This document shows, one piece after another, positions 10,901 to 21,367 of a DNA stretch of 64,000 nt. The position numbers and the translations under genes are program-made. Origin of the DNA: Thermodesulfobacteriota bacterium. GTDB lineage: Bacteria > Desulfobacterota > Desulfarculia > JACQYL01. Where the stretch lies: positions 832,001-896,000 of the forward strand of contig CAXXLZ010000002.1 of NCBI GenBank assembly GCA_963675595.2, written 5' to 3'. Numbering within the stretch: position 1 is the first letter of the stretch; the number at the start of each line of letters is the position of its first letter. Under the pieces are notes generated by a model. The model saw nothing but the letters and a program-made list of their open reading frames with translations. It ran no database searches and was not told the origin of the DNA.

Positions 10901-11289
10901 TCGATTTCGAAGGCGAGCCCGCGAGGAGCCTGAGTGAAAGACGCCTCAAGCGTTCTCCGGTCCGAGACATCGCCGGAATGTTGAGGTCCTACCAATACGC
11001 CGCCTATACCGTTCTGCATAGAGAGATGGCCCTTTCGTCGGACGAAAAGGAATTCCTATCTCCCTGGGCGGAGCTTTGGGCCACCTACATGGGAGGGTCT
11101 TTTCTCAAGGGTTATCTGGAAAAGATGAAAGGCTCGCCTATTCTGCCTTCGTCCATGGAAGATTTCGAAAACATGCTGGTTCCTTTTCTCCTGGAAAAGG
11201 CACTGTATGAAGTGGGATACGAACTCAACAATCGACCTGAATGGCTGCTGATTCCGCTCCGTGGAGTCAAGCAGCTTTGCGGAGCCTGA
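7975..11289 (+). CDS. treS: trehalose synthase TreS fused to maltokinase (Mak/Pep2)
   Basis: N-half WYKDAIIYE, RLDAVPYL, LAEANQWP, LRNHDELTLEMV; C-half RWFGGK, EQSNTS, RTHGDYHLGQVL, DFEGEP, KALYEVGYELNNRP. Confidence 0.96.
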   Translation: MTDVSILPDDPLWYKDAIIYEVHVKTFCDGNGDGIGDFKGMISKLDYFESLGINTVWLLPFYPSPLKDDGYDIADYRNVHPDYGALRDFKEFLKGAHRRGIRVITELVMNHTSNRHEWFQRSRRSGPNTAWRNYYVWSDTPTRYADTRIIFQDFEHSNWAWDPVAQAYYWHRFYSHQPDLNFESPQVKRAMFKALDFWLSMGVDGLRLDAVPYLFEREGTNCENLPETYEFIRELRRHIDENHRDKMVLAEANQWPEDAVAYFGSGDSCNMAFHFPLMPRMFMALEMENKYPIINILEQTPAVPDSCQWAIFLRNHDELTLEMVTDEERDYMYRVYAMDQRARINLGIRRRLAPLLDNDRRKIELMNVLLLTLPGSPVIYYGDEIGMGDNYYLGDRDGVRTPMQWNANKNAGFSDANPQKLFLPVIIDPQYHYETINVETQSRSQYSLLWWMRRIIARRKRYRAFGRGKMEFVHLDNVKVLAYIRSHEDESILVVANLSRNAQMVEIDLSKYQGRVPEDMFGQTRFLPVTESPYVLSLGPYAYFVLVLKAPQETIVYQAESRAPQIRAKSWGTLFDEAEPRGRLEKHILPGYIYGRRWFGGKARRLKGTKILESLRLGKTRNSPAILLVEVSYTEGEPEIYVLPLTCRPIEDSDSELPPGTVALLDLPNWKGVIQEAVYDEEYCRTLLAVTAGRKRIAGPTGRLIAGSTRDLREIFTKNEVDLTPKLLGVEQSNTSIVYGKSLFLKLYRKTDRGMHPDLEMVRYLSGVSGFEHIPPYLGELQYRFENGDNVVIGMMQGFVPNQGDAWTHNLDLVRRFFERALLLRNSGTEAPECPATPVQADMDTAPQPLDELFAGITQEMAELLGLRTAEMHQALARADKDDSFRPEAFSWLRQRALFQSMQNLAGEQLRLLRNNLSRFSDSIQQEAREVLALESEIFSRMRRILRRKLEALALRTHGDYHLGQVLYTGKDFVIFDFEGEPARSLSERRLKRSPVRDIAGMLRSYQYAAYTVLHREMALSSDEKEFLSPWAELWATYMGGSFLKGYLEKMKGSPILPSSMEDFENMLVPFLLEKALYEVGYELNNRPEWLLIPLRGVKQLCGA

Positions 11290-11290
11290 T

Positions 11291-13285
11291 ATGTCGAAGG
11301 GAAAGAAGGGAAATGTTCGCAATGGCGCGAGTCTGCTCACGGACCATGACATCTATCTGTTCAAGGAAGGACGACACTTCCGGCTGTATGAAAAAATGGG
11401 GGCCCACCTCATGACCCATGAGGGGGATGAGGGAGCCCACTTCGCCGTATGGGCGCCCAATGCTTCGCGCGTGACGGTTATGGGAGATTTCAACGACTGG
11501 AATCCGTCCACCCATGAGTTGTTCTCACGTCCGGACAGCTCCGGTATATGGGAAGGATTCGTGCCGGGAATCCAGCCGGGAATCGGGTACAAGTATCACA
11601 TTGAATCAAGCGTGGACGGGTACATGGCGGACAAGACGGACCCTTTCGGAGTCCGAACCGAAGTGCCCCCCAATACGGCGTCCATTCTCTGGGAGTTGAG
11701 CTACGATTGGCTGGACCATGATTGGATGGCCGACAGGGAGCGCAAAAACGGGCTCGATAGTCCCATGTCCATCTACGAAATGCATCTGGGCTCCTGGCGT
11801 CGAGCACCGGGAGAGAATGGGGGGACATTCCTCACCTACAAGGACATCGCGGGTTTTCTGGTTGAGCACATGAAACGCACCGGGTTCACCCACGTGGAAT
11901 TCCTGCCTGTGATGGAGCACCCCTTTTACGGTTCATGGGGTTATCAGGTCACTTCCTATTTCGCGCCCACCGCGCGTTACGGACCGCCGGAAGAGCTCAT
12001 GTACCTCATTGACCTGCTTCACCAAAACGGCATCGGAGTCATCCTGGACTGGGTGCCTTCCCACTTCCCCACCGACGCCGGCGGACTGATCTACTTCGAC
12101 GGGACGCACCTGTACGAACATGCCGACCCGCGCCAGGGACACCAACCCGATTGGGACAGCGCCATTTTCAACTACGGACGCCACGAAGTACGTTCTTTCC
12201 TGATTTCCAGCGCCATGTACTGGCTGGATCGCTATCACGCCGACGGCCTGCGGGTGGACGCCGTGGCCTCCATGCTCTACCTGGACTATTCCAGAAAAGA
12301 AGACGAGTGGATACCCAACCGTTACGGAAGCAACGAGAACCTGGACGCCATAGAGTTCATCAGGTCCATGAACGTATCCTTGTACCAGGATTTCCCGCAC
12401 ACTCAGACCATGGCGGAGGAATCCACGGCTTGGCCCATGGTTTCCAAACCGACCTATTTAGGCGGACTTGGTTTCGGCATGAAGTGGGACATGGGATGGA
12501 TGCACGATACGCTGGCCTACATGTCCCAGGATCCAATTCACCGGAAATATCACCACAACCAGCTGACTTTCAGCATCATGTACACCTTTTCGGAAAATTT
12601 CGTCCTACCCCTGTCCCATGACGAAGTGGTCCACGGAAAAGGGGCCCTCATCGGCAAGATGCCCGGTGACGAATGGAAAAGATTCGCCAATCTGCGCCTA
12701 CTCTACGGTTACATGTGGTCCCATCCGGGCAAAAAGCTGCTCTTCATGGGGGGAGAATTCGGTCAGACCAACGAATGGTATCATGAAACCAGCCTGGATT
12801 GGCACCTGCTGGAATATGAGCCGCATCGCGGCATGCTCCGATGGATGGAAGATCTGAACCGATTTTACGTTTCCAACCCGCCCCTGTACGAAAACGACTT
12901 CCATCCCGACGGGTTCCGGTGGATCGACTGCAATGATTCGGACTCCAGTGTCATCAGCTTCCTTCGAATCGGAAAGGACCCGAACGATATGATCCTCGCG
13001 GTGTTGAACTTTACCCCCCTACCGCGCGCCAATTATCGGATCGGAGTTCCCGGTCCGGGGTTTTGGAGGGAAGTACTCAACAGCGACGCCGACGAATACT
13101 GGGGATCCGGCTGGGGTAACTTCGGCGGCCTGGAAACCTCACCCGTACCCAGCCACGGGTACTACTATTCCATTTCACTGAACGCCCCTCCCTTGGGCGC
13201 CGTGTTCTTCAGGATGGAGGGCCCGTCGACGGGAACCGACTCCGCCGAGCAACCGGAGGGAGAAACCGCCGGGCCCGAAAAATAA
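11291..13285 (+). CDS. glgB: 1,4-alpha-glucan branching enzyme
   Basis: FAVWAPNA, IYEMHLGSW, SWGYQ, DGLRVDAVASMLYLDYSR, AEESTAWP, LPLSHDEVVHGK. Confidence 0.97.
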   Translation: MSKGKKGNVRNGASLLTDHDIYLFKEGRHFRLYEKMGAHLMTHEGDEGAHFAVWAPNASRVTVMGDFNDWNPSTHELFSRPDSSGIWEGFVPGIQPGIGYKYHIESSVDGYMADKTDPFGVRTEVPPNTASILWELSYDWLDHDWMADRERKNGLDSPMSIYEMHLGSWRRAPGENGGTFLTYKDIAGFLVEHMKRTGFTHVEFLPVMEHPFYGSWGYQVTSYFAPTARYGPPEELMYLIDLLHQNGIGVILDWVPSHFPTDAGGLIYFDGTHLYEHADPRQGHQPDWDSAIFNYGRHEVRSFLISSAMYWLDRYHADGLRVDAVASMLYLDYSRKEDEWIPNRYGSNENLDAIEFIRSMNVSLYQDFPHTQTMAEESTAWPMVSKPTYLGGLGFGMKWDMGWMHDTLAYMSQDPIHRKYHHNQLTFSIMYTFSENFVLPLSHDEVVHGKGALIGKMPGDEWKRFANLRLLYGYMWSHPGKKLLFMGGEFGQTNEWYHETSLDWHLLEYEPHRGMLRWMEDLNRFYVSNPPLYENDFHPDGFRWIDCNDSDSSVISFLRIGKDPNDMILAVLNFTPLPRANYRIGVPGPGFWREVLNSDADEYWGSGWGNFGGLETSPVPSHGYYYSISLNAPPLGAVFFRMEGPSTGTDSAEQPEGETAGPEK

Positions 13286-13617
13286 CTAGCGGGCCGAAGA
13301 ACCGAATCGGAGACTCCGCCTTTATGGGAGTCTCACCAACCCCTTTTCTGGAAGAATGCTTCTTGCGCCCGTTGAGACGTGTCGCGAGACCCGGCCCCCT
13401 GCGACACGGGCGCGCAAACCGCCGGAAGCGTCTCCCCTCCCCCGCTCAGACTGAAGGCCCATGGAAGATGTGGAGGGATGACGCCGCACGGCCCTCCTTC
13501 CCGGCTGCCGAAAGTTCGGTTCCCAGACCAACACGGGCGCTTCCGGCGCCCGAAGAAAGCGGAAGCCCTCGGGGCGGGTTCCGCTCCCACGATCTTTGGT
13601 GATCAAGAGGAACAAGC

Positions 13618-15483
13618 ATGAACCACCACTCCCTTTTTAAAGCCCTCGTCCCCCCGGGACCCAAGAAGATCGGGGAGGACGTTTTCGAGTTTACGGTGTG
13701 GTCGCCCAGCACGAACCGCGTGGACCTGGAACTACTGGAGCCCTCCAGAGACCTTTGCTCCATGCAGCGCGATGCGCGGGGCTATTGGCGCACCACCAAA
13801 AACAACGTACGGCACGGTTCCAGGTATCGCTTTCTGTTGGACGGAAGCATTTCCCGACCCGATCCGGCCTCGAATCAGCAGCCCGAGGGGGTGCATGGGC
13901 CGTCCGCGCTGGTCGATCACGACCGCTTTGTTTGGGAAAATGAGGAATTCCACCCTGTTCCCTGGCGTGAGACCATCCTGTACGAAATCCACGTCGGCAC
14001 CTTCACTCCGGAAGGAACTTTCGACGCGGCCGCGGAGAGGCTGGACCATCTGGTCCGACTAGGTGTCACCGCAGTGGAAGTCATGCCCGTGGCCCGGTTT
14101 CCGGGAAACCGCAACTGGGGATACGACGGCGTCTATCCATTCGCCGTGCAGGATTCCTATGGAGGGCCGGAAGGTTTCAAACGCTTTGTGAGCCGGTGCC
14201 ACCACAAGGGACTCTCTGTTTTTCTGGACGTGGTTTACAACCACTTGGGTCCTGAGGGGAACTATTTCAGAGACTTCGGACCCTATTTCTCGTCGGACTA
14301 TGCCACACCGTGGGGAGAAGCGGTGAATTTCGACGGTCCCCACAGCGACGAAGTCAGAAATTTCTTCCTCTGCAACGCTCTTCACTGGTTCGACCGCTAT
14401 CACGTGGACGGGCTGCGCCTGGACGCCACCCACGCCATCCTGGACCGACGGCCGGTTCATTTCTTGCGGGAACTCGCCCTGATTACCCGCGAGTACGAAC
14501 GCAGAACCGGCCGAAAACGATTCCTGGTGGCTGAGACCAATCTCAATGATCCGGCTTTGGCAATGCCCCATGAGATTGGAGGCAAGGGCCTGGATGCGTT
14601 ATGGAACGACGACTTTCATCATGCCGTACACACGCGACTTACCGGTGAGCGGTCCGGTTACTACGAAGACTACGGAGATCTCGAGTTCTTGTCCCGGTCT
14701 CTGAGCCAAGGGTTCGCCTACCAGGGAGAGTTTTCCCGGTTCCGCCAAAGATCGCACGGTGCTCAGGGCGACGGGTTGCCCGCCAGCGCTTTCGTCAACG
14801 CCCTCCAAACGCATGACCAGGTGGGCAATCGAGTCTTCGGCGAACGGCTGTCTTCCCTGACTTCGCTGGAAGGCCTCAAGCTGGGTGCGGCCCTGCTCCT
14901 TCTGGCGCCTTATGTTCCCCTCCTGTTCATGGGCGAAGAATACGGGGAGACCCGGCCCTTTCTCTATTTCGTAAGCCACGGAGACCCGGAGCTCGTGGAG
15001 GCGGTGCGCAGGGGCCGCAGGGAGGAATTCAAGGAGTTCCGTTGGTCCCAAGAGCCTCCCGATCCTCAGGCTCCGGACACCTTCGAGAGATGCGTTCTCG
15101 ATTGGGAAAGCAGAGATTCGGGAGATCACGGCCGTTTGTTGAACTTCTATCGGAAGCTGATCGGATTGCGAAAACGGCACCCCGCTCTCGCGGGGAGCGA
15201 GGATAAACCCTTCCGTGTATGGACACTCCCCGGTGACGATGTCCTGGCCATGGAACGACGGTCCGGCAGGTACGGTGTGCTCTGTATTTTCAGCTTTTCC
15301 GCCGTGAATCAGGAGATCGAGCGTAGGTTGTTTATTGCGAAACGGAAGTGGGATATGATTTTGAACTCCGCGGACTTGGAGTGGGGAGGCCCCGGGGGCG
15401 TTACACCCTGCGAGAATACGGACCGAATAACACTGCCGGCCCTCGGTGTGATCGTGTTCTCAAGTGAGGAGGAGCGGAGATGA
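13618..15483 (+). CDS. treZ: malto-oligosyltrehalose trehalohydrolase
   Basis: PDPAS.QQPEGVHGPS, YEIHVGTFTPEGTF, RNWGYDGV, DGLRLDATHA, WNDDFHH, HDQVGNR. Confidence 0.94.
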   Translation: MNHHSLFKALVPPGPKKIGEDVFEFTVWSPSTNRVDLELLEPSRDLCSMQRDARGYWRTTKNNVRHGSRYRFLLDGSISRPDPASNQQPEGVHGPSALVDHDRFVWENEEFHPVPWRETILYEIHVGTFTPEGTFDAAAERLDHLVRLGVTAVEVMPVARFPGNRNWGYDGVYPFAVQDSYGGPEGFKRFVSRCHHKGLSVFLDVVYNHLGPEGNYFRDFGPYFSSDYATPWGEAVNFDGPHSDEVRNFFLCNALHWFDRYHVDGLRLDATHAILDRRPVHFLRELALITREYERRTGRKRFLVAETNLNDPALAMPHEIGGKGLDALWNDDFHHAVHTRLTGERSGYYEDYGDLEFLSRSLSQGFAYQGEFSRFRQRSHGAQGDGLPASAFVNALQTHDQVGNRVFGERLSSLTSLEGLKLGAALLLLAPYVPLLFMGEEYGETRPFLYFVSHGDPELVEAVRRGRREEFKEFRWSQEPPDPQAPDTFERCVLDWESRDSGDHGRLLNFYRKLIGLRKRHPALAGSEDKPFRVWTLPGDDVLAMERRSGRYGVLCIFSFSAVNQEIERRLFIAKRKWDMILNSADLEWGGPGGVTPCENTDRITLPALGVIVFSSEEERR

Positions 15484-17906
15484 AACGCTATATTTGTATT
15501 CACGGACACTTTTACCAACCGCCCAGGGAAAATCCGTGGTTGGAAGAGGTGGAACTCCAGGATTCGGCCGCGCCGTTTCACGACTGGAACGAGCGCATCG
15601 CCGCGGAATGCTACGGACCCAACGCAGCCTCCCGGATATTGGACTCCGAAGGTAGGATCATCGACATCGTCAACAACTATTCCCGCATCAGTTTTAATTT
15701 CGGACCCACCCTGCTGTCCTGGATGCAACGAAAGCAGCCTGAAATTCACCGAGAAATCGTTGAAGCCGATCGATTGAGCATGGAACGGTACTCGGGACAC
15801 GGTTCGGCTCTCGCTCAGGTCTACAACCATATGATTACTCCCCTGGCTAGTCGGAGGGACAAATCCACACAGATTCTTTGGGGCATTGAAGACTTCAAGA
15901 GTCGTTTCGGACGCGACCCGGAAGGCATGTGGCTGCCGGAAACCGCCGTGGACCTTGAAACCTTGGATATCCTCGCCGGAGCCGGGATACGGTTCGTCAT
16001 TTTGGCTCCGCGGCAGGCCCACAAGGTCAGGAACATGGAAAGCAACGAACCTTGGCGGGACGTTTCCAACGGTCGCATAGACCCCACCACGGCCTATCTT
16101 TGCAGACTTCCCTCGGGTGGAAGCATCAACCTGTTCTTCTACGACGGACCCATATCTCAAGACTTGGCATTCGGGGAGTTACTGAAGAACGGCTCCTTTT
16201 TTAAAAATCGCCTCATGGCCGCCTTCTCGGACAACGACAGGCATTGGCCCCAATTGGTACACGTGGCCGTGGACGGGGAGACTTTCGGGCATCATCATCT
16301 GCAAGGTGAGATGGCGCTGTCCTACTGTCTGCATTTGGCCGAGGAAGACCCCTCCGTGGCTCTTACAAATTACGGAGAGTACCTGGAAAGACACCCTCCG
16401 GTTTTCGAAGTGGAGATCTTCGAAAACTCTTCTTGGAGCTGCATCCATGGACTGGAACGATGGCGTACCGACTGCGGCTGCAACTCGGGCGGCCACCCCG
16501 GCTGGAAGCAGGACTGGAGGGAACCCCTGCGCAACGCCATGAATTGGCTGCGAGACCGGGCCGCTCAGGTATTCGAGGAGTTAGGCCCACGTTACTACAA
16601 AAACCACTGGCACGCCCGAGATCGGTACATCGAACTGATCCTGGATCGTTCCTATGAAAACGTAAACCGCTTTCTCGGGGAACACGCCTCGGGAGCATCC
16701 AGTCCCGAAGACGTTGTCAACGCCTTGAAGCTCTTGGAAATGCAGCGGTTCGCACAATACATCTTCACCAGTTGCGGATGGTTCTTCGACGAAATCTCGG
16801 GGATCGAAACGGTTCAGATCATACAGTACGCCGTTCGAACCATTCAGCTTGCCGAAGAATTAAGTGGGCAATTCTTCGAAGAGGAGTTCATCCGACTGCT
16901 CAAAAGGGCTCCAAGCAACGTCCTCGGCGACGGTGGTCAGGTCTATGAAGAATACGCCAAGCCCGCCAAAGTGGATATGCTCCGTGTGGGCGCGCACTTC
17001 GCCATGTCCTCGGTGTTCCACGAAAGCATGGACGCCGAGGAATTCTCCTGCTTCTCCGTTTCCGCCGACACCTACAACCGTCTCGAAGCCGGGCGTTCCC
17101 GGCTCGTTACGGGAAAAGGCCGCCTCACCTCCAACATCACACGGGCTTTCATCAACTTTCAATTCGCCGTGCTGTGGCCGGGAGACCATAACTTGACCTG
17201 CGGCCTGAACTACCTGCACTCTTTTGAAAACTATCGGAAGATGGAGGGGGACTTGCAGGCCGTGTTCAATCGAGGCGATTTGGCGGAAGGAATCCGCCTC
17301 ATGGACAGCTATTTCAACAAGAGCACCTTTTCCATATGGCACTTGTTCAAGGATGAACAGAGAAAGGTGGTCCACGCGTTGCTCGAACCCTCCTACCAGG
17401 CCGCCGAAGCCTCCTACCGCCAGATATTGGCGTCCAATTACACCGTGCTCAACTTCCTTCAGTGGCTGCACATTCCGGCCCCGAACCTGTTCCGAGACGC
17501 GGCGCAATACGTGGTGAATACCGACATTCAGCGCCTTTTCTCGGAAGACGAACTGGACGAGGAACGGCTTGAGATTCTCGCCGAGGATGCCAAGCGATGG
17601 AGCCTCAGATTGGACGACCGGACACTGCGCTTCATCGCTGCGGAATGGATCAGCAGGAAAATGGGAAATTTGGAGGAAACCCCGGAACAAACGCAACTGC
17701 TCAAGGAAATCAGGAACGTCTTGGGTCAAATCCAGAATCTGTCTCTGGGTCTCCACCTTTGGAAGGCCGAAAACGTCTATTTCCGAATGGCCTGCGGCAT
17801 GTTCCAGCAGATGAAGGAGAGGGCCGCTTCCGGCGATCCGGCCGCCATGGATTGGGTGGAACACTTCACGGTGTTGGGAGAACTCCTCAAGATCAACGTG
17901 ACCTGA
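15480..17906 (+). CDS. glycoside hydrolase family 57 protein (DUF3536 type)
   Basis: CIHGHFYQPPRENPW, GMWLPETAVD, DGETFGHH, SSWSCIHGLERW, FTSCGWFFDE; ATGA overlap with treZ. Confidence 0.9.
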   Translation: MKRYICIHGHFYQPPRENPWLEEVELQDSAAPFHDWNERIAAECYGPNAASRILDSEGRIIDIVNNYSRISFNFGPTLLSWMQRKQPEIHREIVEADRLSMERYSGHGSALAQVYNHMITPLASRRDKSTQILWGIEDFKSRFGRDPEGMWLPETAVDLETLDILAGAGIRFVILAPRQAHKVRNMESNEPWRDVSNGRIDPTTAYLCRLPSGGSINLFFYDGPISQDLAFGELLKNGSFFKNRLMAAFSDNDRHWPQLVHVAVDGETFGHHHLQGEMALSYCLHLAEEDPSVALTNYGEYLERHPPVFEVEIFENSSWSCIHGLERWRTDCGCNSGGHPGWKQDWREPLRNAMNWLRDRAAQVFEELGPRYYKNHWHARDRYIELILDRSYENVNRFLGEHASGASSPEDVVNALKLLEMQRFAQYIFTSCGWFFDEISGIETVQIIQYAVRTIQLAEELSGQFFEEEFIRLLKRAPSNVLGDGGQVYEEYAKPAKVDMLRVGAHFAMSSVFHESMDAEEFSCFSVSADTYNRLEAGRSRLVTGKGRLTSNITRAFINFQFAVLWPGDHNLTCGLNYLHSFENYRKMEGDLQAVFNRGDLAEGIRLMDSYFNKSTFSIWHLFKDEQRKVVHALLEPSYQAAEASYRQILASNYTVLNFLQWLHIPAPNLFRDAAQYVVNTDIQRLFSEDELDEERLEILAEDAKRWSLRLDDRTLRFIAAEWISRKMGNLEETPEQTQLLKEIRNVLGQIQNLSLGLHLWKAENVYFRMACGMFQQMKERAASGDPAAMDWVEHFTVLGELLKINVT

Positions 17907-18121
17907 GGATCCGTGGACATGTGATCGTTATCGGTCTGTTGAGAACGAGTTCGGTCCGCCGGCGGGGATTGAACTTCATCCTTATACCGGCGCACCCTAT
18001 GTGCCGACCGTTCCGCAGGACTTACGCCCTTGGCGCGTCGTTCATCTTCTCAGGCTCCCGTCGCCCGCGCTCTAACGCGCAGTGCGCCGGGGGCATCCGA
18101 CACCCCATTTCCCCGCCTACT

Positions 18122-19369
18122 TCAGTCCTCCGAAGCCCTTGCCTCACGGTGAGCCCGAATCACCCGCTCGTAGAACGCCAAAGTCTTGCCCGCAATCGCC
18201 GTCCAACTGAAGTGCTCTTCCGCTCGACGGCGTGCCCGCCGTCCCATGGCGGCCCGCTTCTCCGGATTTGAAAGCATGGAGTCCACGGCTGATGCCAGAT
18301 CACCGGCGAAGGCCTCAGGGTTCACCGGTTCCGGATTGTCGGGACCCACGGCTTCGAAGTGCACCAGCCGGCCCGTCTCTCCCTCTACCACCACCTCCGG
18401 AATCCCTCCCACCGCGGAGGCCGCCACAGGGGTTCCGCATGCCATGGCTTCCAGGTTGATGATGCCGAAGGGCTCATAAACCGAAGGGCAGACGAAGACC
18501 GACGCGTGTGTGTAAAGAACGACCAGGTCGTCCACGGGGACGTTCTCCTCAATCCAAACCACCCGGTCGCCTCGGACAGCGGAGACCTCCTCCTCCTTGG
18601 AGGAAACCTCTCCCAAGATTTCTTTCGTGTCCGGCGCGCCGGCGCACAAGACCACCTGTACGTCGGACTTCAGCAGTTTGGCGGCGTTGAGGAAGTGAAG
18701 AATGCCCTTCTGGCGGGTAATGCGGGTCACCAGGAGAATAAAGGGCCTCTTAGGGTCCACGCCATAACGCTCGAGCACTTCCGGGTCTCGGCGGGGACGA
18801 TAGCGGTTGCAGTCGATGCCGTTATGGATCACGTCGATGCGTTCGGAAGGAACCCCATATAGTTGCCGCACGTCCTCCCGCATCTTCTTGGACACCGCCA
18901 CGACCCCGTCGGCGTTTTCATACGCGGTCCGTTCCAGCCACGAGGAAACCTCGTAGCCCGAACCGAGTTGCTCGCGTTTCCACGGACGATGAGGCTCCAG
19001 CGAATGGGTGGTCAAGATCAACGGAATACCGTGCATACGACGTGCCAGACAACCGGTCAGATGCGTATACCAGGTATGGCAGTGGACTATGTCGGCCTGC
19101 TGCAAGGCACCCAGCATCAGAGTGTCCGTCAACAGGGTATCCAGCACGGCGCAATGCCTTGGGTCTTGAACGCGGTAGTCCAGGTCCGCCTGCACCCCGT
19201 GCACGTTCCGGGAGGAATCCACCCCGTTTTGCTCCCCGAAGCAGTAGACATCCACCTGATGTGCTTTCGGCGCCAAAGCCGCCAGCTCCCGCGTGAGGAA
19301 ATCCACGTGAACTCCCGCACCGCCGTAGATGTGGGGAGGAAATTCCTTGGTCAGTATCGCAATTCGCAT
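18122..19369 (-). CDS. glgM: GT4 glycosyltransferase, GlgM/actinobacterial-type GlgA (maltose-1-phosphate synthase-like)
   Basis: TKEFPPHIYGGAGVHV, HCHTWY, THSLEPHRPWKREQLGSGY, RITRQKG, CPSVYEPFGIINLEAMAC; start trimmed to MRIAIL. Confidence 0.85.
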   Translation of the reverse strand: MRIAILTKEFPPHIYGGAGVHVDFLTRELAALAPKAHQVDVYCFGEQNGVDSSRNVHGVQADLDYRVQDPRHCAVLDTLLTDTLMLGALQQADIVHCHTWYTHLTGCLARRMHGIPLILTTHSLEPHRPWKREQLGSGYEVSSWLERTAYENADGVVAVSKKMREDVRQLYGVPSERIDVIHNGIDCNRYRPRRDPEVLERYGVDPKRPFILLVTRITRQKGILHFLNAAKLLKSDVQVVLCAGAPDTKEILGEVSSKEEEVSAVRGDRVVWIEENVPVDDLVVLYTHASVFVCPSVYEPFGIINLEAMACGTPVAASAVGGIPEVVVEGETGRLVHFEAVGPDNPEPVNPEAFAGDLASAVDSMLSNPEKRAAMGRRARRRAEEHFSWTAIAGKTLAFYERVIRAHREARASED

Positions 19370-19762
19370 GAACAATTCATCCTTATCAAAATCCGAGCAA
19401 AACTTCTCCGGCGGCGCCTTACACCTGAGCCGTCGACGGAATCTCTGAAAACGCCGGTTTGCACTCGCACCCAAAGTGATTGCAGGCAAAATTTGCAGGA
19501 TCCGTGCAGGTCGATTCACAGCCCGAATGATTCATATTCCATGAATACGGAAGACGCAACCCGATGGGCGGATTGTCTCCATTTCGTAAGAATCGAATCG
19601 GGATCGGTGACCGATGATAGATCGCACTCCGAGAAGGGACTTCCGGTGCGACAAAATTGCGCGGCGGATAGAAAAGTCTTGTGAGTCTCGGGGAGTCGGC
19701 GGAGGTTATGAGGAAGCCCGACCGGAGGCGGGCTTCCCCCCTTGGGTTAAGGCTCCGTTGTC

Positions 19763-20497
19763 TTAGGATTCCAGCTCCGCGCACACGGCGTAGCATTGGA
19801 CGGTAACCGTGCCGCCGGAAGACTCGTTCCGGTAGAAGGTAACCGACCAGGATTGCCCGCCTTCGGCTTGCTGGCTCAACTGGATGCTGGTGACGGCGAG
19901 ACCGGTGTTCCAACCGCCGCCGATGGCCGTATCTCCCGAGTTGCAGGAGGCCGTACAAATCTTCAATTGCACTTCGTTAAGGGAAATACTGTTGTTGGCG
20001 GTGTAAATATTCGCAATGCCCGGAGGGCCCTGTGGACCAACGGCACCTGTTGCGCCGTCCGCGCCGTCCGCGCCGTCCTCACCGGCCGGGCCCTGGGGAC
20101 CCTCAGCACCGGTGTCGCCCTTTTCGCCCTTGCCGAATCCCGTGAACGTTCGAACCAGGATGTAGTTGGTGGGGTCCGCGTCCGCGAGGTCCAAGGTGGC
20201 CGTGGCGTTATCCTCGTCGGCGAAATTCATCGTCAGGTGATGGCCCAATCCCCCGAGGTCGTCGGCGTCCACCACCCCTGATTCGAAGTCCGCGTCCAAA
20301 AAGGCCGCATACTGCACTCCGTCGGGTGAAAAGATGACGATAACCGAGTTGTCTTCGGTGTCATAGGATTGGACGTAGAAGTTGTCGTTGGGCCGTACCG
20401 GATCACCCTTCCAGATTCCGCTTTGCGCCGAACAGGTCCCCACCGCGAGCCCCATCACGACCCAACACAAGAGCAAACAAAACAGTCCCTTCTTCAT
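19763..20497 (-). CDS. secreted protein with short collagen-like (Gly-X-Y) repeat
   Basis: Signal peptide (MKKGLFCLLL...), about 13 consecutive GXY triplets (GEK GDT GAE GPQ ... GPP GIA), Cys-containing C-terminal domain (ASCNSGDTAIGGG...YAVCA). Confidence 0.8.
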   Translation of the reverse strand: MKKGLFCLLLCWVVMGLAVGTCSAQSGIWKGDPVRPNDNFYVQSYDTEDNSVIVIFSPDGVQYAAFLDADFESGVVDADDLGGLGHHLTMNFADEDNATATLDLADADPTNYILVRTFTGFGKGEKGDTGAEGPQGPAGEDGADGADGATGAVGPQGPPGIANIYTANNSISLNEVQLKICTASCNSGDTAIGGGWNTGLAVTSIQLSQQAEGGQSWSVTFYRNESSGGTVTVQCYAVCAELES

Positions 20498-21367
20498 GTC
20501 GTCCTCCATTGCTTGAAGTTCTTTTCCATATGCCTATGGGCAACTCTCCCAAAGAAGAACTCACACAGCTCACCTGCATCCCTGAAATGGGACTGTGAAG
20601 AGCCGACGATTGCTGTTCGGATACCGAAGTCGATGATCAACAAAGGGAAGTGGCATGAAACCGTATTTACAAATCTTATGATATCCTGGATTCTCTGTCC
20701 AGGGAAATCAATAGGTGGTAGGACTACTTTTGCCGATACGGAACATGTTCATGAGCTAGATAGGACTGAGTGGGCATCTTCTCGATTCTGTAATGCACGA
20801 CGAACAACTCCGACATAAAACCCGTCAGCCGATTTCTCGGAAGAAGTAGTGTCTGGTCGAAAAAACGAGTCCGATCAAGGGAACACACGCTCCAACCCCA
20901 TAAGACATTTCGTTGATTGAGCACCGACCATCGATTTCAACCCAAGGGGAAAACTCAGCCCTACGCAGCCGCCGCTCTCTCATATGATTTTGAACTAATA
21001 TTATTAAGCTATAATATTGTATTTATACTATTACGTTTAGCCGCGCAGGTTGCCCGCTCCGCGTATTTGATCGGGTCTGTCCCGGTTCCATGAAGCACCG
21101 GGAGAGCCGCCGGAGGAGGCGGTAGTCCCACGAGTAGAAGCCCTCCTTTAAGCTTGATGCCGACGCGTATATTGGAAACGGCGTCCAGCGTCCTCTCGAC
21201 AAAGTTTCTTTCGACACGGCCGTCCTTCAAGGATTCGACGGCATCCCTGCAAATGAACGGAGTCCGGCTGCAAAGTCTCATTTCATTGGATCCCGACACG
21301 ACGACCCATTTGCCGCATCCATGCGCCACAAAAAGCGTCTTCCGAGAACTTGGGCAAGGCGTCCCCG

